Positions 25,294 to 37,759 are shown, numbered from the stretch's first letter. The stretch is DNA of 64,000 nucleotides from Chiloscyllium plagiosum (GCF_004010195.1 NC_057717.1:72172074-72236073), one strand, 5' to 3'. Translations and numbers: made by a program. Notes: generated by a model from the sequence alone, not told the origin.

Positions 25294-25389
25294 GCTTCAG
25301 TGATGAAATTAGTAATTGCGAAGTATTTCTCTGAAAGTGTAATGTTAAATGAAATGCTGTGGCTGGGAGCTCCAACTGCACCTGCAGCA
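25294..25389 (+). pseudogene. intron-containing tRNA-Ile(TAT)-derived relic
   Basis: gcttcagtgatgaaattagtaattgcgaagtattt...atgctgtggctgggagctccaactgcacctgcagca; 96 nt, consistent with a retained intron. Confidence 0.55.
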
Positions 25390-25929
25390 ACTTCCATTGA
25401 CAGGAATCAGGGATCATTGGGACATCAAGCTGGTAGATCCAATCTCACCAGGAGCAGCTTCTATTGACGCCTACACAGAGAGAAACGGAGGTCATGTTTT
25501 TGCCCTCTGACTTTTCTCATATGCCTAACTCTGCTCTGAGTTAAAATGCAGGAAGAGATTTTTTTGCTCATTTCATATTATACAATTTCTTGCAGCCTCG
25601 CACAGGTCGTTAAGTATTCTCGACCTTCGAAAGTTAGCGGGAATACGATGATATGATGAGGCACTAGATTGCCACGGGTGATGGAGCAAAAGCGGGAAAG
25701 TGAATTTGAACGTCATCAGATGAGTGGAAATCACATTGAATGGCTGACTAGACACAGGGTGAATGGAAGCTTCATGAAGACGACTGTGTTTTCGTTACAA
25801 AACATCCCGCTGCACAACGAGTGGATCATTGGAATGAAGCAGTAACAGTGATTATCTTTCCTGGTTGTTCAAATTGTGAACATGAGTACGATTGCTCATG
25901 TCTGCAGCATGCCAACCTCAAGCACCCGT

Positions 25930-26002
25930 GAGCACAGTGTCACAATCAATAATGCGCTTGATTACCGTCCAGAGATCGTAGTTTAGTTTTCGACTTGATT
26001 CA
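25930..26002 (+). pseudogene. tRNA-Arg(ACG)-derived relic
   Basis: cagtgtcacaatcaataatgcgcttgattaccgtccagagatc; same position in the unit as the copies at 28504 and 31456. Confidence 0.55.
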
Positions 26003-26572
26003 AGAGCTAGGCTGGCAGGCTTCAAATCCCCATGCAAGCTAATCTTCCGCACTGTTCCAAAACCGAACTGAGGTTTGAATTCTTAACCTGCAGGAGCGAA
26101 GGTCATTCAGGAAATGTCCCCAAGAACATTAGAGTCAATGTCCCAATTTCATCACAAGAGAGGATGCTGAAAGCACACGTTGCTCAAGGGTACCTTTCAA
26201 TTTTCCAAACCCACCACAGAACCATACCCACAAGAGGATTACTTGGAAAACAGCGACTGAGATGTGGGAACTCAGATCTAATTGAATGTTTAACTTCAAT
26301 GTCCCTCGAGACTGTGGAGATTACAACACTGCATTTGTAGAAGACTAAGATTGATAGATTTTGTTTACAAGACTTCAAAAAGTCATGGGATGTTGCAGGG
26401 TTTTGTTGAAATGAATTTCTCAATAATAATGTCGGATAACATCGGTTACTTCACCAAATTCCTCACTCAATCACGGCTGTGGAATGTCACATAATCACAC
26501 TTCCAAAGGGTTAGAGTCAGAGAAATTGAGTGCCGTATTGGAAATGAGGATAACAATGAGCGCGAAGATGTG

Positions 26573-26659
26573 GCTGCAGTGATGAAATCTATGAGTGCAA
26601 TGTCCTTCTCTAATAATAGAAAAGTGCATGAAATGTGAGCTGCATCTTCACCTGGAGCA
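26573..26659 (+). pseudogene. intron-containing tRNA-Ile(TAT)-derived relic
   Basis: gctgcagtgatgaaatc...tgtgagctgcatcttcacctggagca; the end matches CTCACCTGGAGCA. Confidence 0.55.
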
Positions 26660-26930
26660 GCTTCTATTGACATGGAGCAGGGAACATTGGCACATTAGAC
26701 TAGGGGAAAAGGTACTCAGCTATTAAAATCTTAAGTGAAGTAGTTTTGTGGCAGGACACATGTTTGCAGATTGAGGGAGTATCTGTCAGAGGGAACAATC
26801 TCAATAACAAAGAAAACTTCTGCAAAGATTCAGCTCTTGCAGGAGCAACTGTGCAGAGAGAAGCAGAAGTAATGTTTGCCCTATCTGACCGTTACTCTCT
26901 GGCAGACTCTACGCTGGGTTACATTGGAGA

Positions 26931-28281
26931 ACAGTCCTCCAACCACAGATATGTATATGCATCAGTCTTTCTAACAAAATTGACTTTGTGGTAGTCCACA
27001 CATAACTGTTGAACCTTATCTGGCTTTGGCACCATGATACTGCGTGAACTTTAATTAATTGAAACTCACGGCGATTGTGCCATCCTCGAGCATACTTATG
27101 AACTTATACCAACTTTAGAGGATTATGCTCACAAGGATGTTACGAAATCAGAACAGCATCTCCTAGATTTGCATCATCTATAATTCGGTTAGTAATTCAC
27201 AGTTTATTTTTGCATATCTCCACATGCAAGAGTAATAACTCTTTTAGGTCATTTTGATTTTTTTCTGGAAGATAATTGAATAGTTATACCAATTGTTGAC
27301 AACTGTTGCATTGTCCAATTTTATTTCAGAAACGTCCAATGCAGAATCCCCTGCCATTGGTTCTTCCCACTGAGTTGTCGTCAGTAACACATTCTCCTCT
27401 TGCGTTATTTTCTCTGCCCAAATACCTTTGCAGCATATTCACATGACACACTTTGTCAGCTTTCTTCATGCCTCGAGTCCCTATCAAGTAGATAATCTCA
27501 CTCAATTTCCTCTCAATTTGATAAAGTCTGCTAAACCTTGCTTTAAAGGTTCAACTATTACTGAACTTTAGAGAAATACATTATTCCCAGTGGCAAAATT
27601 GTGAATTTTTGATGTCTCAGTAACCTCCTGCTTCACCATATGCTGCGATAATTTTAAATGCTGTCTCGCCAACTTCCAAGCATTATTTCATCGAATTCAA
27701 AAATTTTACACATCGTCCAATTGCGTAGTCTTTGAAATCTGATTATTAATTTCTCCTTAATCAATTTTATTGGCCCTCCTACTATATGCCCAAAATTCGT
27801 TTTATATGGACATAATTTGGTGAATTCGTTTGGTACATCTCTGATCGCAAACAGCACAAATGCAACTCCCTTATGGAAATCATCTGGCTACTCTTTACCA
27901 TAAAACCTCAACATAGTTTTTAATATTTGACGTCACCTTTCTGGTGTTCCCTGCGATTCTGAATGGTACACAGTAGAATATGAATTGTTTTAGACTCAAG
28001 CTATCCATATACTCCTTGAAAAGTTTGGATGTGAAGTTTGACCCTTGATGTAATTGTATATCTGATGGTCGTCTTAATCTAGTTACAAAAAAAGTGTAAT
28101 TATTCCACAATCCTTTTTGGTGCAATATTGCAAAATTGAACAACTTTTGGAAATGTCGTCTCATTAATGTTAATAAGTGCTTATTCCCACCTTTATTGGA
28201 AGTAGGGAACCTACACAATGAATGAAGACACTTAAGAAAGATTCCTCGAACGCTGGAAAAGGTATTAAAGGTACAGGCTTT
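26931..28281 (-). repeat. ~99% identical 1351-bp copy of Gypsy integrase-RT segment 33696-35046
   Basis: Direct repeat at offset 6765 with about a dozen substitutions; no LTR and no TSD. Confidence 0.95.
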
Positions 28282-28503
28282 CAACAGTGATCCCATTGAA
28301 TGGCTGAGCAGACAGAGGGTGAGTGGAAGCTTCATGAGGCGATATGTGCTTTCTTTGGAAAACTCGCCACTTCGCAAATTTTGGAACAGTGGACTGAAGC
28401 AGTAAAAGTGATTATCTTTTATTGATTTTTCAACTTGTGAACATGTAATCTATTGCTCAAGTCAGTGCTAACATCACAACTCTGAAGAGTAAGCTCCTGC
28501 CTG

Positions 28504-28570
28504 GGGTCAGTGGCGCAATCGATAACACGCCTGACTACAGCGATTATATGTTCGAATCTTACCTGGCTCA
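28504..28570 (+). pseudogene. tRNA-Arg(ACG)-derived relic with A/B boxes largely kept
   Basis: gggtcagtggcgcaatcgataacacgcctgactacagc...gttcgaatcttacctggctca versus GGGCCAGTGGCGCAATGGATAACGCGTCTGACTACGG...GTTCGACTCCTGGCTGGCTCG; short deletion in the anticodon 3' stem. Confidence 0.85.
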
Positions 28571-29007
28571 CAGGCTGTGCTGAGGTTACCATGCTCTTCA
28601 GTCGTTCTGAGGCTGAACTGCGGTTTCAAATCCTGAACTGCAGGAGTAAGATCTCTTTTATTAAATGGGAAGCTGAAGTAGTCGCACACGCTGCTCTTCG
28701 CACCTTTCAACTTTCCAAACCCACCTCCGGTTCACTGCGGCAACTGGGCCTTGCAAGGAAAGGATAGAGAACCAAGTATCAGCTCTGACAATCTTGAGAA
28801 ACTGTTTGGGAAGCGGAATCAGAGAAGGATAGAGTGTGAACTTTCTGACTGAGCAGAGATTGCTGAGGCACAATCCCCTTCTTTAAGAGGCCGTGACACT
28901 GACTCTCATGTCTCGAGGTCATTAATTGATCTGAGGTATGAAAAGCACTCCCATTGCAGGTGCTCTGCATTTGCTGATGTCGCTCTCAGGATCAAAACAA
29001 ACCCCGA

Positions 29008-29080
29008 GTCCCGGACTGAGAATCAAAACCAGGTCACAGCGAAGAAAGTGAAAAAAATGGAACCGTTCGCCCACCAGAAA
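29008..29080 (-). pseudogene. tRNA-Glu-derived relic
   Basis: Reverse complement tttctggtgggcgaacggtt...cgctgtgacctggttttgattctcagtccgggac. Confidence 0.6.
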
Positions 29081-30134
29081 CAGCTATACGAATCACACTC
29101 ATGCGTGGAGTTACAGCCCTCAAGCTCGTTGTACGTGTTCTTCTCAAAAGAAATCGCTTGACGATCTTTATTCGTTTTCCATCACTTGGCGTTGTATGCA
29201 TGAGCATCTCAAAATCACATCCGAGTACTTCTTAAGGTTATTTGTGTACAATTCTGTGAACACTTGTGGACAGTGAACTCTAGATTCAACGATCTGCTGC
29301 CTGATGAACTTTTTCTGTGTATCTTCCCAACCCTTTCTCCAACTTACTTTAAATCTACGCCAACTGTTGATCGGTCAAGACGTACCATTTCTTTCAGTCT
29401 GCATCGTCCACGTCCCTCATTATTTAGTGCATATCAAACATGTCACCTCATATTCTCCACTGTTTTAAAAAAGAAAAACCCCAGCCAAACCAATCTCTCC
29501 TCATAACGTAAACTCTTCAACGAGAAGATCGCTTGGTAAATCTCTTCTACACGTTTTCCAATGCTATCACATGCTTGCTATAATGTGAATTGCAGAACAG
29601 CATGCAATATTCTCGGGGGAGCAGAATGAACAAATGAGATAAATGAATGGAGAAAGGCACAGAAACTTCCCTTTTCCAATAAAGCATCTTTTGCTCAATA
29701 CGACGCTCTGTATTTTTTCTGAGGCCATGCTCCAAAATATCTGTTGTCCGTGTCAGTATGAGCTGCTACACGAGGATTAATGTCAGAACTACTGCATCTA
29801 AATGGAATGAATTGCTTGAAAGTCCCGATCGTGGGATTGGGCCACTTTCAACCAAAACAGCAGCACAGACGGAACAGTGTCCGTGGAGTGTTATATTGTG
29901 CAATACCTCAGTGAAATGGGAGGATGGACTTGTAGGAGAGTTAGTGCTTGTGGGAAGGAGGTAAATCTGCGATAACGGATGGTTATGATTTGAAACACAA
30001 AAATGTGAGAGAGCAGGTGCTTGAAGAAGTACATTTATCACCACCAAAAGTATTTTCATGTAAAAAAAAGATTGTTTTGTTTCCCGCATTTGCTAAGCAC
30101 ATATTACATGGATTAAAATGGGAAGAATGCCGAC

Positions 30135-30206
30135 TGCTGTCACTGCGATTCGAGCAGAACGTGCTGTGGCCACAATGCCAAGGATGAACCATTTCATGAT
30201 CCCGGC
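30135..30206 (-). pseudogene. tRNA-His(GTG)-derived relic
   Basis: 72 nt; reverse complement gccgggatcatgaaatggtt...ttgtggccacagca...ctcgaatcgcagtgacagca; GTG anticodon kept. Confidence 0.75.
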
Positions 30207-30628
30207 GCTGCATGGGAAAGCACGAACGAAAAAGCAATACGGATCATGGTAGAGGTTATATCAGGAACAGAACCACATGCACAAAGGAACACTGGCCAAA
30301 CAGTTACTTAGATGTGGGAACTCAGGTTAAACTTTAATGTCCCGAGAAACTGTAGAGATTCCAATACTGAGTTTGTAGAAGACTAAGTTTACTCGATTTC
30401 AACAAAACTTCGAAGAGTCATGGGAGACAGTGGGGTATTGTTGAAATGTATTTGTCAATAACAACGTAGTTTAACATCGGTTACTTCAACAATTTACTCA
30501 CTCATTCACGTAATCATTGCTGTGGAATATCATATAATTCCAATTACCAGGAGTGGAGTCAGATAAATTGAATCGCACCGCCGTGAAAACAAAGTGGAAA
30601 TTGAGATGGCGATGAGCGCGAGGGTATG

Positions 30629-30724
30629 GCTGCAGTCATGCAGTTGGTGAACAGTGTGTCGTTCTCTGATGGTGCAGAGGCGCGTGAAATATCGAGGCTA
30701 AAATCTCAAACCTCACCTAGAGCA
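30629..30724 (+). pseudogene. intron-containing tRNA-Ile(TAT)-derived relic
   Basis: gctgcagtcatgcagttggt...cgaggct...cctcacctagagca; 96 nt. Confidence 0.55.
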
Positions 30725-31455
30725 GATTCTCTTGCCGTGCATGAAGAAGCATTGGGACATCAGGCTGGGATCTCCAATCTCACCTGGATCAGTTCTATGC
30801 ACGTGTAGCAGAGAGCCTTGGGGAACCTAGCTGTGAGCTCCATCTTCTCCTGGAAGAGCTTCTATTGGCATGGAGCAGGGAATATTGGGACATCGGCTGG
30901 GGAAAGGATAGTCAGCTGTTTTAATCTTAAGTGAAGTAGATTTCAGCAGGATACATGTTTGTGCATGGAGAGAATATTTCATATACAAAGAAGTATTCTG
31001 CAAATATTCAACTCGAGGAGGAGCATCTGTGCACAGAGAAGCAGAGGATATGTTTATGTTATCTGACCAACCTGATATGGCTGACTCTGCACTGGATTAA
31101 TTTGCATACTCACACATGTCGTTAAAGTAATCGAGATTTCCGGCAAAATTCTGGGATATGCAATGTGGTGATCAGGCTCAATTTCACGTCAGTTATAGTG
31201 GAGAAGCAAGAATTTGGATTTAAAATGCATCAGATCAGCACTGATCCCATTGAATGTCTGAGGTGCAAAGGGTGAATGGAAGATACATGAGGGTATATGT
31301 GATTTCTTTGGGAAATTCGCTGCTTCGCAAGGTGATGAGCATTGGACTGAGGCAGTGACAATGATAATCTTTATTGGTTTTTCAACGTGGGAAAATGACT
31401 GCTATTACTCATGTCCGTTTTAACAGCACAGCTCTGAAAGCTGTAACCGCGCATA

Positions 31456-31528
31456 GGGACAGTAGTGCATTGGGTAACGCGCCTGACCACGGGGTAGGAG
31501 ATTGCCGGATTGGCTCATACCTGGCTCG
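31456..31528 (+). pseudogene. tRNA-Arg(ACG)-derived relic
   Basis: 73 nt; gggacagtagtgcattgggtaacgcgcctgaccacgg...ctggctcg. ACG anticodon kept, B box lost. Confidence 0.8.
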
Positions 31529-31981
31529 AGAGAAGCACGCACTTCTACACACCTTTGCACATACAAACTTTCTGGTTGTTCTGAAGCCGAAATAAGGTTT
31601 GAGATCCTTCTCTGAAGGAACGAGTATGACTTCGTGAAATATCTCCGAGAACATGAGAGTCACTGTTCCACTGTCAGCACAGGAGAGGAAGCTGAAATAT
31701 TCGCATACGTTATTCATGGTTACATTTCCATTTCACAAACCCACTTATCCAATCACAGTGACTCGCCGGAATGGTAAGGAAAAAAATCTAAATCGCTCAT
31801 TCACAGCTTTGATAATCTTTGGAAACTTTTGGAACAGTGGAATTAGAGGAGAATGAAGGGTTAACTGTCCAACTGAGCAGGGACTGTCGAGGAACATTCT
31901 CCTTCTTTCAGAGGCTGGCAAAATGAGTCTAATATTGATGGGGACATTAATTGATCCGAGGCATTGGAAGTGCTCCCGTCA

Positions 31982-32165
31982 GGATGTAGGTTTGCTCGCT
32001 GAGCTGTAGGTTTGATATCCAGAGGTTTCATCACCTGGCTCGGTAACATCATCAGTGGCGACCTCCAAGAGAAGCGAAGCTGTTGTCTCCTGCTTCCTGG
32101 ATATAAAACCTACAGCTCAGCGAGCAAACATACACCCTAAACGTGACCTGAGCTACAAACCTTGC
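31982..32165 (-). mobile_element. Penelope-derived insert with inverted ends and hammerhead-like core
   Basis: Inverted repeat 31982-32022 / 32097-32137; minus strand CTGATGA-tgttacc-gagcca-ggtgat-GAAAC; TSD agt(g/a)ctcccgtca (31969-31981 / 32166-32178). Confidence 0.8.
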
Positions 32166-32241
32166 AGTACTCCCGTCACAGATGCTTCGCTGTTGCACAG
32201 CTGTTGTCCCTGTCAGGAACGTAAAGAGAAAAAAATCCTTA

Positions 32242-32317
32242 TTCCCCTGCTGGGTATCAAACCCAGACCACGGCAGAAAAAAAACAGCTTATTCCTAACC
32301 ACTGGAACCAGAGATGA
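32242..32317 (-). pseudogene. tRNA-Glu-derived relic with downstream T-run
   Basis: Reverse complement ...tggttccagtggttaggaat...gccgtggtctgggtttgatacccagcaggggaa, then a T7 run resembling a Pol III terminator. Confidence 0.7.
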
Positions 32318-32677
32318 TTAGCGCATAGTACTGCACTCAAGACTAACTTCACCCCATTTTCCATCACTTGGCTTTCTCTGTTTTAGCGTCACAAATTCAG
32401 AATGAAATATTTCTGAAGGTTATGTGGGTGTCTACCTCTGTTTTCCGTACAGAGAGTGAGTTACAGAGTCTCCCACTCGCTGACTGATAAAGTTTTCCTG
32501 TATAACTATTCAATTCTTTCTGCCTCTTGTCTAAAATCTACCAACACTGGTGATCGATCTGGAGAAAACGTTTTCTTCAATCTGTAATTCCATGGTTCTC
32601 GTTAATTTGTACATCTGAATCAAATCTATGACTCTATGTCTCCTCACAATCAACTTTGCTCTGAGAAAAACAATTCC

Positions 32678-35600
32678 CGTTTTGGCGAGGCCAGACCATT
32701 CAAATCATTCTTAGGTCGGCAGTCCAGAGCGGAACTTCGCAATTTGTTTCGTTACATGTACAGTGAAATTTATTCGGAATAGGTTAGCTAGGTTGACTTC
32801 CAGGTTTTCAAACAGACAAAAAATTATTCACGTAATTACGGAATTAGAAACAACGACCAAAATATAGAATGCAGACAGACCTCAGCTGTCCGAACTCGAC
32901 TTAATTATTCTTTTTCAAAAATACTCAGCAGTCCCGATAATTAAACGCCATAAACACAGAGTAAAAATGAAAGGGGGGTTTCCAGGTCGAAATTAGAGAG
33001 GCAAATGAAGAGAGACATCCACATCACTGGTATCGATGGGCACATTGAAAGTCTTCGTGAAATTTGATATAGCTGATACTTTGGCAATGGTTCGCACAGC
33101 ATTTAGGCTGTCAATTACGTTCTGAAATTCTTGTGTTCACTGAAACTTCTTGCTTGTTTTAAAAATTCGTGGCGTGGAGCAGTCCCACTGCACACATTCA
33201 GCACAATCTTTCCGTAAAAGCCACTCAATCCGGGGAACTATAGCAATTATCTTTTCGTCAACGGTGTGAAATAGTCCCCTGTAACTTTCGTTTTCGCGTC
33301 CCCTGAGGCTATCTGTCCGTGTTCAATAACATGACCCAGGAACGTGACTTGGGCTTTGGCAAATTCACTCTCAGCTAGGTTTAGCAGACAGTATGACTTC
33401 CGCATTCGATCAAACAAGTCTGATAAATGATTCAAATGTTCAATCCATGAGTGACTGAAATTCACCACGCACAATATACCCCATGCAGTTGAGTATTCTG
33501 GCAATCACCTTGTTAATTAGTTTCTGAAATGTGGCTGAAGTATTTTTCGTATAAATGGCATTAATTAAACTGCGGAAGTCCAGTTGTCGTAACAAAAGCT
33601 GAATTTGCCTTTAATATTTCTGACAAAGTTCACTGCCAGTAACGTTTGAGCAAGCCCGACTTAGAAATGTAAGTTGATCGTCCCATCTTTTCCACACAGT
33701 CCTCCAACCACAGAAATGTATATGCATCAGTCTTTCTAACAAAATTGACTTTGTGGTAGTCCACACATAACTGTTGAACCTTATCTGGCTTTGGAACCAT
33801 GATACTGCGTGAACTTTAATTAATTGAAACTCACTGCGATTGTGCCATCCTCGAGCATACTTATGAACTTATACCAACTTTAGAGGATTATGCTCACAAC
33901 GATGTTACGAAATCAGAACAGCATCTCCTAGATTTGCATCATCTTTAATTCGGTTAGTAATTCACAGTTTATTTTTGCATATCTCCGCATGCAAGAGTAA
34001 TAACTCTTTTAGGTCATTTTGATTTTCTTCTGGAAGATAATTGAATAGTTATACCAATTGTTGACAACTGTTGCATTGTCCAATTTTATTTCAGAAACGT
34101 CCAATGCAGAATCCCCTGCCATTGGTTCTTCCCACTGTGTTGTCGTCAGTAACACATTCTCCTCTTGCGTTATTTTCTCTGCCCAAATACCTTTGCAGCA
34201 TATTCACATGACACACTTTGTCAGCTTTCTTCATGCCTCGAGTCCCTATCAAGTAGATAATCTCACTCAATTTCCTCTCAATTTGATAAAGTCTGCTAAA
34301 CCTTGCTTTAAAGGTTCAACTATTACTGAACGTTAGACAAATACATTATTCCCAGTGGCAAAATTGTGAATTTTTGATTTCTCAGTAACTTCCTGCTTCA
34401 CCATATGCTGCGATAATTTTAAATGCTGTCTCGCCAACTTCCAAGCATTATTTCATCGAATTCAAAAATTTTACACATCGTCCAATTGCGTGGTCTTTGA
34501 AATCTGATTATTAATTTCTCCTTAATCAATTTTATTGGCCCTCCTACTATATGCCCAAAATTCGTTTTATATGGACATAATTTGGTGAATTCGTTTGGTA
34601 CATCTCTGATCGCAAACAGCACAAATGCAACTCCCTTATGGAAATCATCTGGCTACTCTTTACCATAAAACCTCAACATAGTTTTTAATATTTGACGTCA
34701 CCTTTCTGGTGTTCCCTGCGATTCTGAATGGTACACAGTAGAATATGAATTGTTTTAGACTCAAGCTATCCATATACTCCTTGAAAAGTTTGGATGTGAA
34801 GTTTGACCCTTGATGTAATTGTATATCTGATGGTCGTCTTAATCTAGTTACAAAAAAAGTGTAATTATTCCACAATCCTTTTTGGTGCAATATTGCAAAA
34901 TTGAACAACTTTTGGAAATGTCGTCTCATTAATGTTAATAAGTGCTTATTCCCACCTTTATTGGAAGTAGGGAACCTACACAATGAATGAAGACACTTAA
35001 GAAAGATTCCTCGAACGCTGGAAAAGGTATTAAAGGTACAGGCTTTATTATTGCGCATTGTTGTTCCGATTAGTTAAAATGTACGACACGTCTGGCAAAA
35101 TTAAACTACATTCTTGTGCAGTCCAGGCCAGTAAAAATGTCTTTGCATTTTAGTCTATGTTTTCCTCACGACTAAATGCCCTCCAATTTGAAGCACATGC
35201 GGCACTCTGAGCACCACTTTTCCATACCCTACTGGAAAAATAATTCCTGTCCATTTCAAAACTGATTGAATATGTGATGGTCTCCATTTCCTCATTAATA
35301 AGTAATTTATTAAGTAATATCACACAGGGATGCATTCACTCTCCTTCCATGTATATGTCTTCTGATAGAACAGCTTTAACTCTTCATCTTCTGCTGTAAC
35401 TCAGTCGCATTTCAGAGATAAAGATACTTGCATTTTTAACATTTGGCCCTGCTGTGTCCCACTCAACTAATCAAAATATTTTGTAAACATATTTCAGCTT
35501 CCTGATTTGTGCCTTTTGATTTCTCTTGCCTCAGGTAGTGACCCTGTGATCTCGTTAAGACACAATCTGGGAACGTTCATTGATAAACGGCCTGCATTGC

Positions 35601-37526
35601 TTCACTTGCCTGTATCTCCACTGGCTTTTCAACCAGAGTAGGCAGCACGCTTTCCGGTGAATAAGCTATATCATTTGCAAGCACAAATTGTATTCCTGGA
35701 GATGAGAGTTTGTCCAGAACTCACACCACAAAGCCTCCGCTCTTTTCTGCACACTCTAGTCTAACTTTACATAATTAAGCAATTTTTCGTCTCACCATGA
35801 ATTCCCATAACACAGCACCTTTTCTGAGAATAGTACTTCAGGAGTGCATATTTCCCCAGACATCAGCACCACAGACTGTGAGGATGCTGTGTGCATAAAG
35901 ATTGTTACCTCTCTACCTGCTACTACTGGCCAATGTAAATAAACTTTACCTTTGCAGGTATATTTTAAAAGCAGATCTCGATCTCCCTCCTTATCAACCT
36001 CGGATCAGCTTGTGTTCTCTGATGCAGCATTCTAGCTTCCACTGTGTGTTCTGTTACCATGCCAGCAAAACATCCAGGCTTGTTTTGTTTTCCTCCATAT
36101 GGCTTTTCAGTGCTTTCTCTCGTACTACAACACTGTGATTTCATTTGGACTACTTTATTGCAAGGAAAACCCCAGATCCCGTTCCCTTCCAGGGTTTCCG
36201 ATTTACCCTGTGATAAGTTATCCTTATGATCTTCACTGAGATTTTACTTTCCCTTTCCAGATGAGGATTTCTGTTTGCCACAATTTCTATCTCTCTCAGA
36301 GACTTAAAATGCTTCTGGAAACCAATCCGTGTTTTATGGACCAGTTCATTATAATCAGCCATTTAACATTATGCTCTTCCAAACGAAGCTTACCTTCAGA
36401 CTTTATCTTCAGCACTTTAACGTGAATTCCTTTAATAATTGTCAATTTTGAAGTTCAAACTCTGTCTCCCTTTCTCTGTGCTCTACTGCTCTCGCTTCTT
36501 CCTTCTCTCTGCTTCGAATCGTAACTCAAACTGATTCAAATCTGGGGTCCTTTCCTTATCTCTCGCGTCTGACTCAAGCTGATTCATTTTCAAATAGTTT
36601 TTATCCATCTGTACAGATTCTCATGGATTTTCCAGCTGAGTTAAATGTTGAGCTACTGCGGGAATGATCTCTCCTTTAGTGACATAAAGAGGCAAATACA
36701 ACCCCAGCTTCTCTGCTAATTCCAGAAGTCTGGCCTGATCCTTTTTTTTTTGTAAAACTACTAACTTTACCTCGTCCACAGCCAGACAACTCTTGGTAAC
36801 TAAATGAGACTTTGCTTTCCCAAGCATTGTCTTCTGCCAGCCAAATCAACACCCGAAAGGGAGACGCTAGCACCCAGCACTTGCTCTTTTAATCTATCAA
36901 CTACCTCCCAATTTGTTATGGACGAGGCTAAACCACTCAACACACTATGAAGCAGGCAACCCACACCAGAACATTATAATTTGTTTCATTAGGTGTACCC
37001 TGAAAATTGTTCGAGCAACCAAGTTAGGTTGACCAAATATTATTCACAAAATGACGGATTGAAAAACAAAGAACAGAATATAGAATACCCACAGAACCTA
37101 GTCTATCCAAACTCGGCTTATTAAGCTGTTCTGAAAACACACAACTCTCTCAAAAAACAAGCACGTTAAACACAGTAAAAACGAAACAGAGGCTTACAGG
37201 TCGAAATTAGAAGGGCAGTAGGATTGATTTTTTTAGTTAGCGCACCACTGCTGCACTAACTAAAAACCGGAATTCAGCTTTCCATAATGACTATAGTTCT
37301 ATCATTATGCAATTTATTTCTAAAGCATAAAATTTCAGCCTAAAGCCTCACCTGTTGACGAAAAAACAAAAGGCCTCACAGCGAAAACTTTCATCTCTGT
37401 ACCACTTCATACGATTCGGAGCCTGAACTGATTTACAACGCCTGTGATAAAAAGAAATCAAGATACAGTATCCTTGAGAAAAAGTAGAGCTCCGTTTTTT
37501 TTAAATAAAGAGAACACCCTGTGACA
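32678..37526 (-). mobile_element. Gypsy LTR retrotransposon, Gmr1-like domain order (gag-PR-IN-RT-RH), degenerate
   Basis: Diverged LTRs at 32678-~33005 (partial) and 36914-37526 (TG...CA). gag ~36050-36830 (LLELAEKLGL); integrase ~34300-35150 (QGSNFTSKLFKEYMDSL, LFAIRDVPNE); RT ~33200-33850 (HLNHLSDLFDR...AQVTFLGHVI); RNase H start ~33040, truncated. Confidence 0.85.
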
Positions 37527-37759
37527 GCCAAGTCCGTCCAACCTATCTTCACAACTGAAACTCTTCGAACAGAAAATATCCTGATAAATCTGTTCTGCTA
37601 CGCTTCCAGTGCTATCACATCCCTGCTATAGTAGTAATTGCAGAATGACACACTATACTCCAGCTATAGCCGATTGAGCAAATGATATTAACGACGTGGA
37701 AAGCCACAGAAAGTGGACTTTTCCAATAAAGTGCCTTTTACACAATACTGCATCGTGGA

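Larger units (their letters stand above)
23500..37740. repeat. decayed tandem macro-array of tRNA-gene units (His-/Ile+/Arg+/Glu-)
   Basis: Homologous spacers recur: cccattgaatggctga...gggtgaatggaagcttc at ~24535, ~25735, ~28290 and ~31245; agatgtgggaactcag at ~26260 and ~30310. tRNA relics occur in conserved order. Confidence 0.85.

Noticed and set aside
78-32317. Calling any of the tRNA-like segments functional tRNAs
   Set aside because: Each has broken stems or lost invariant D/T-loop bases.
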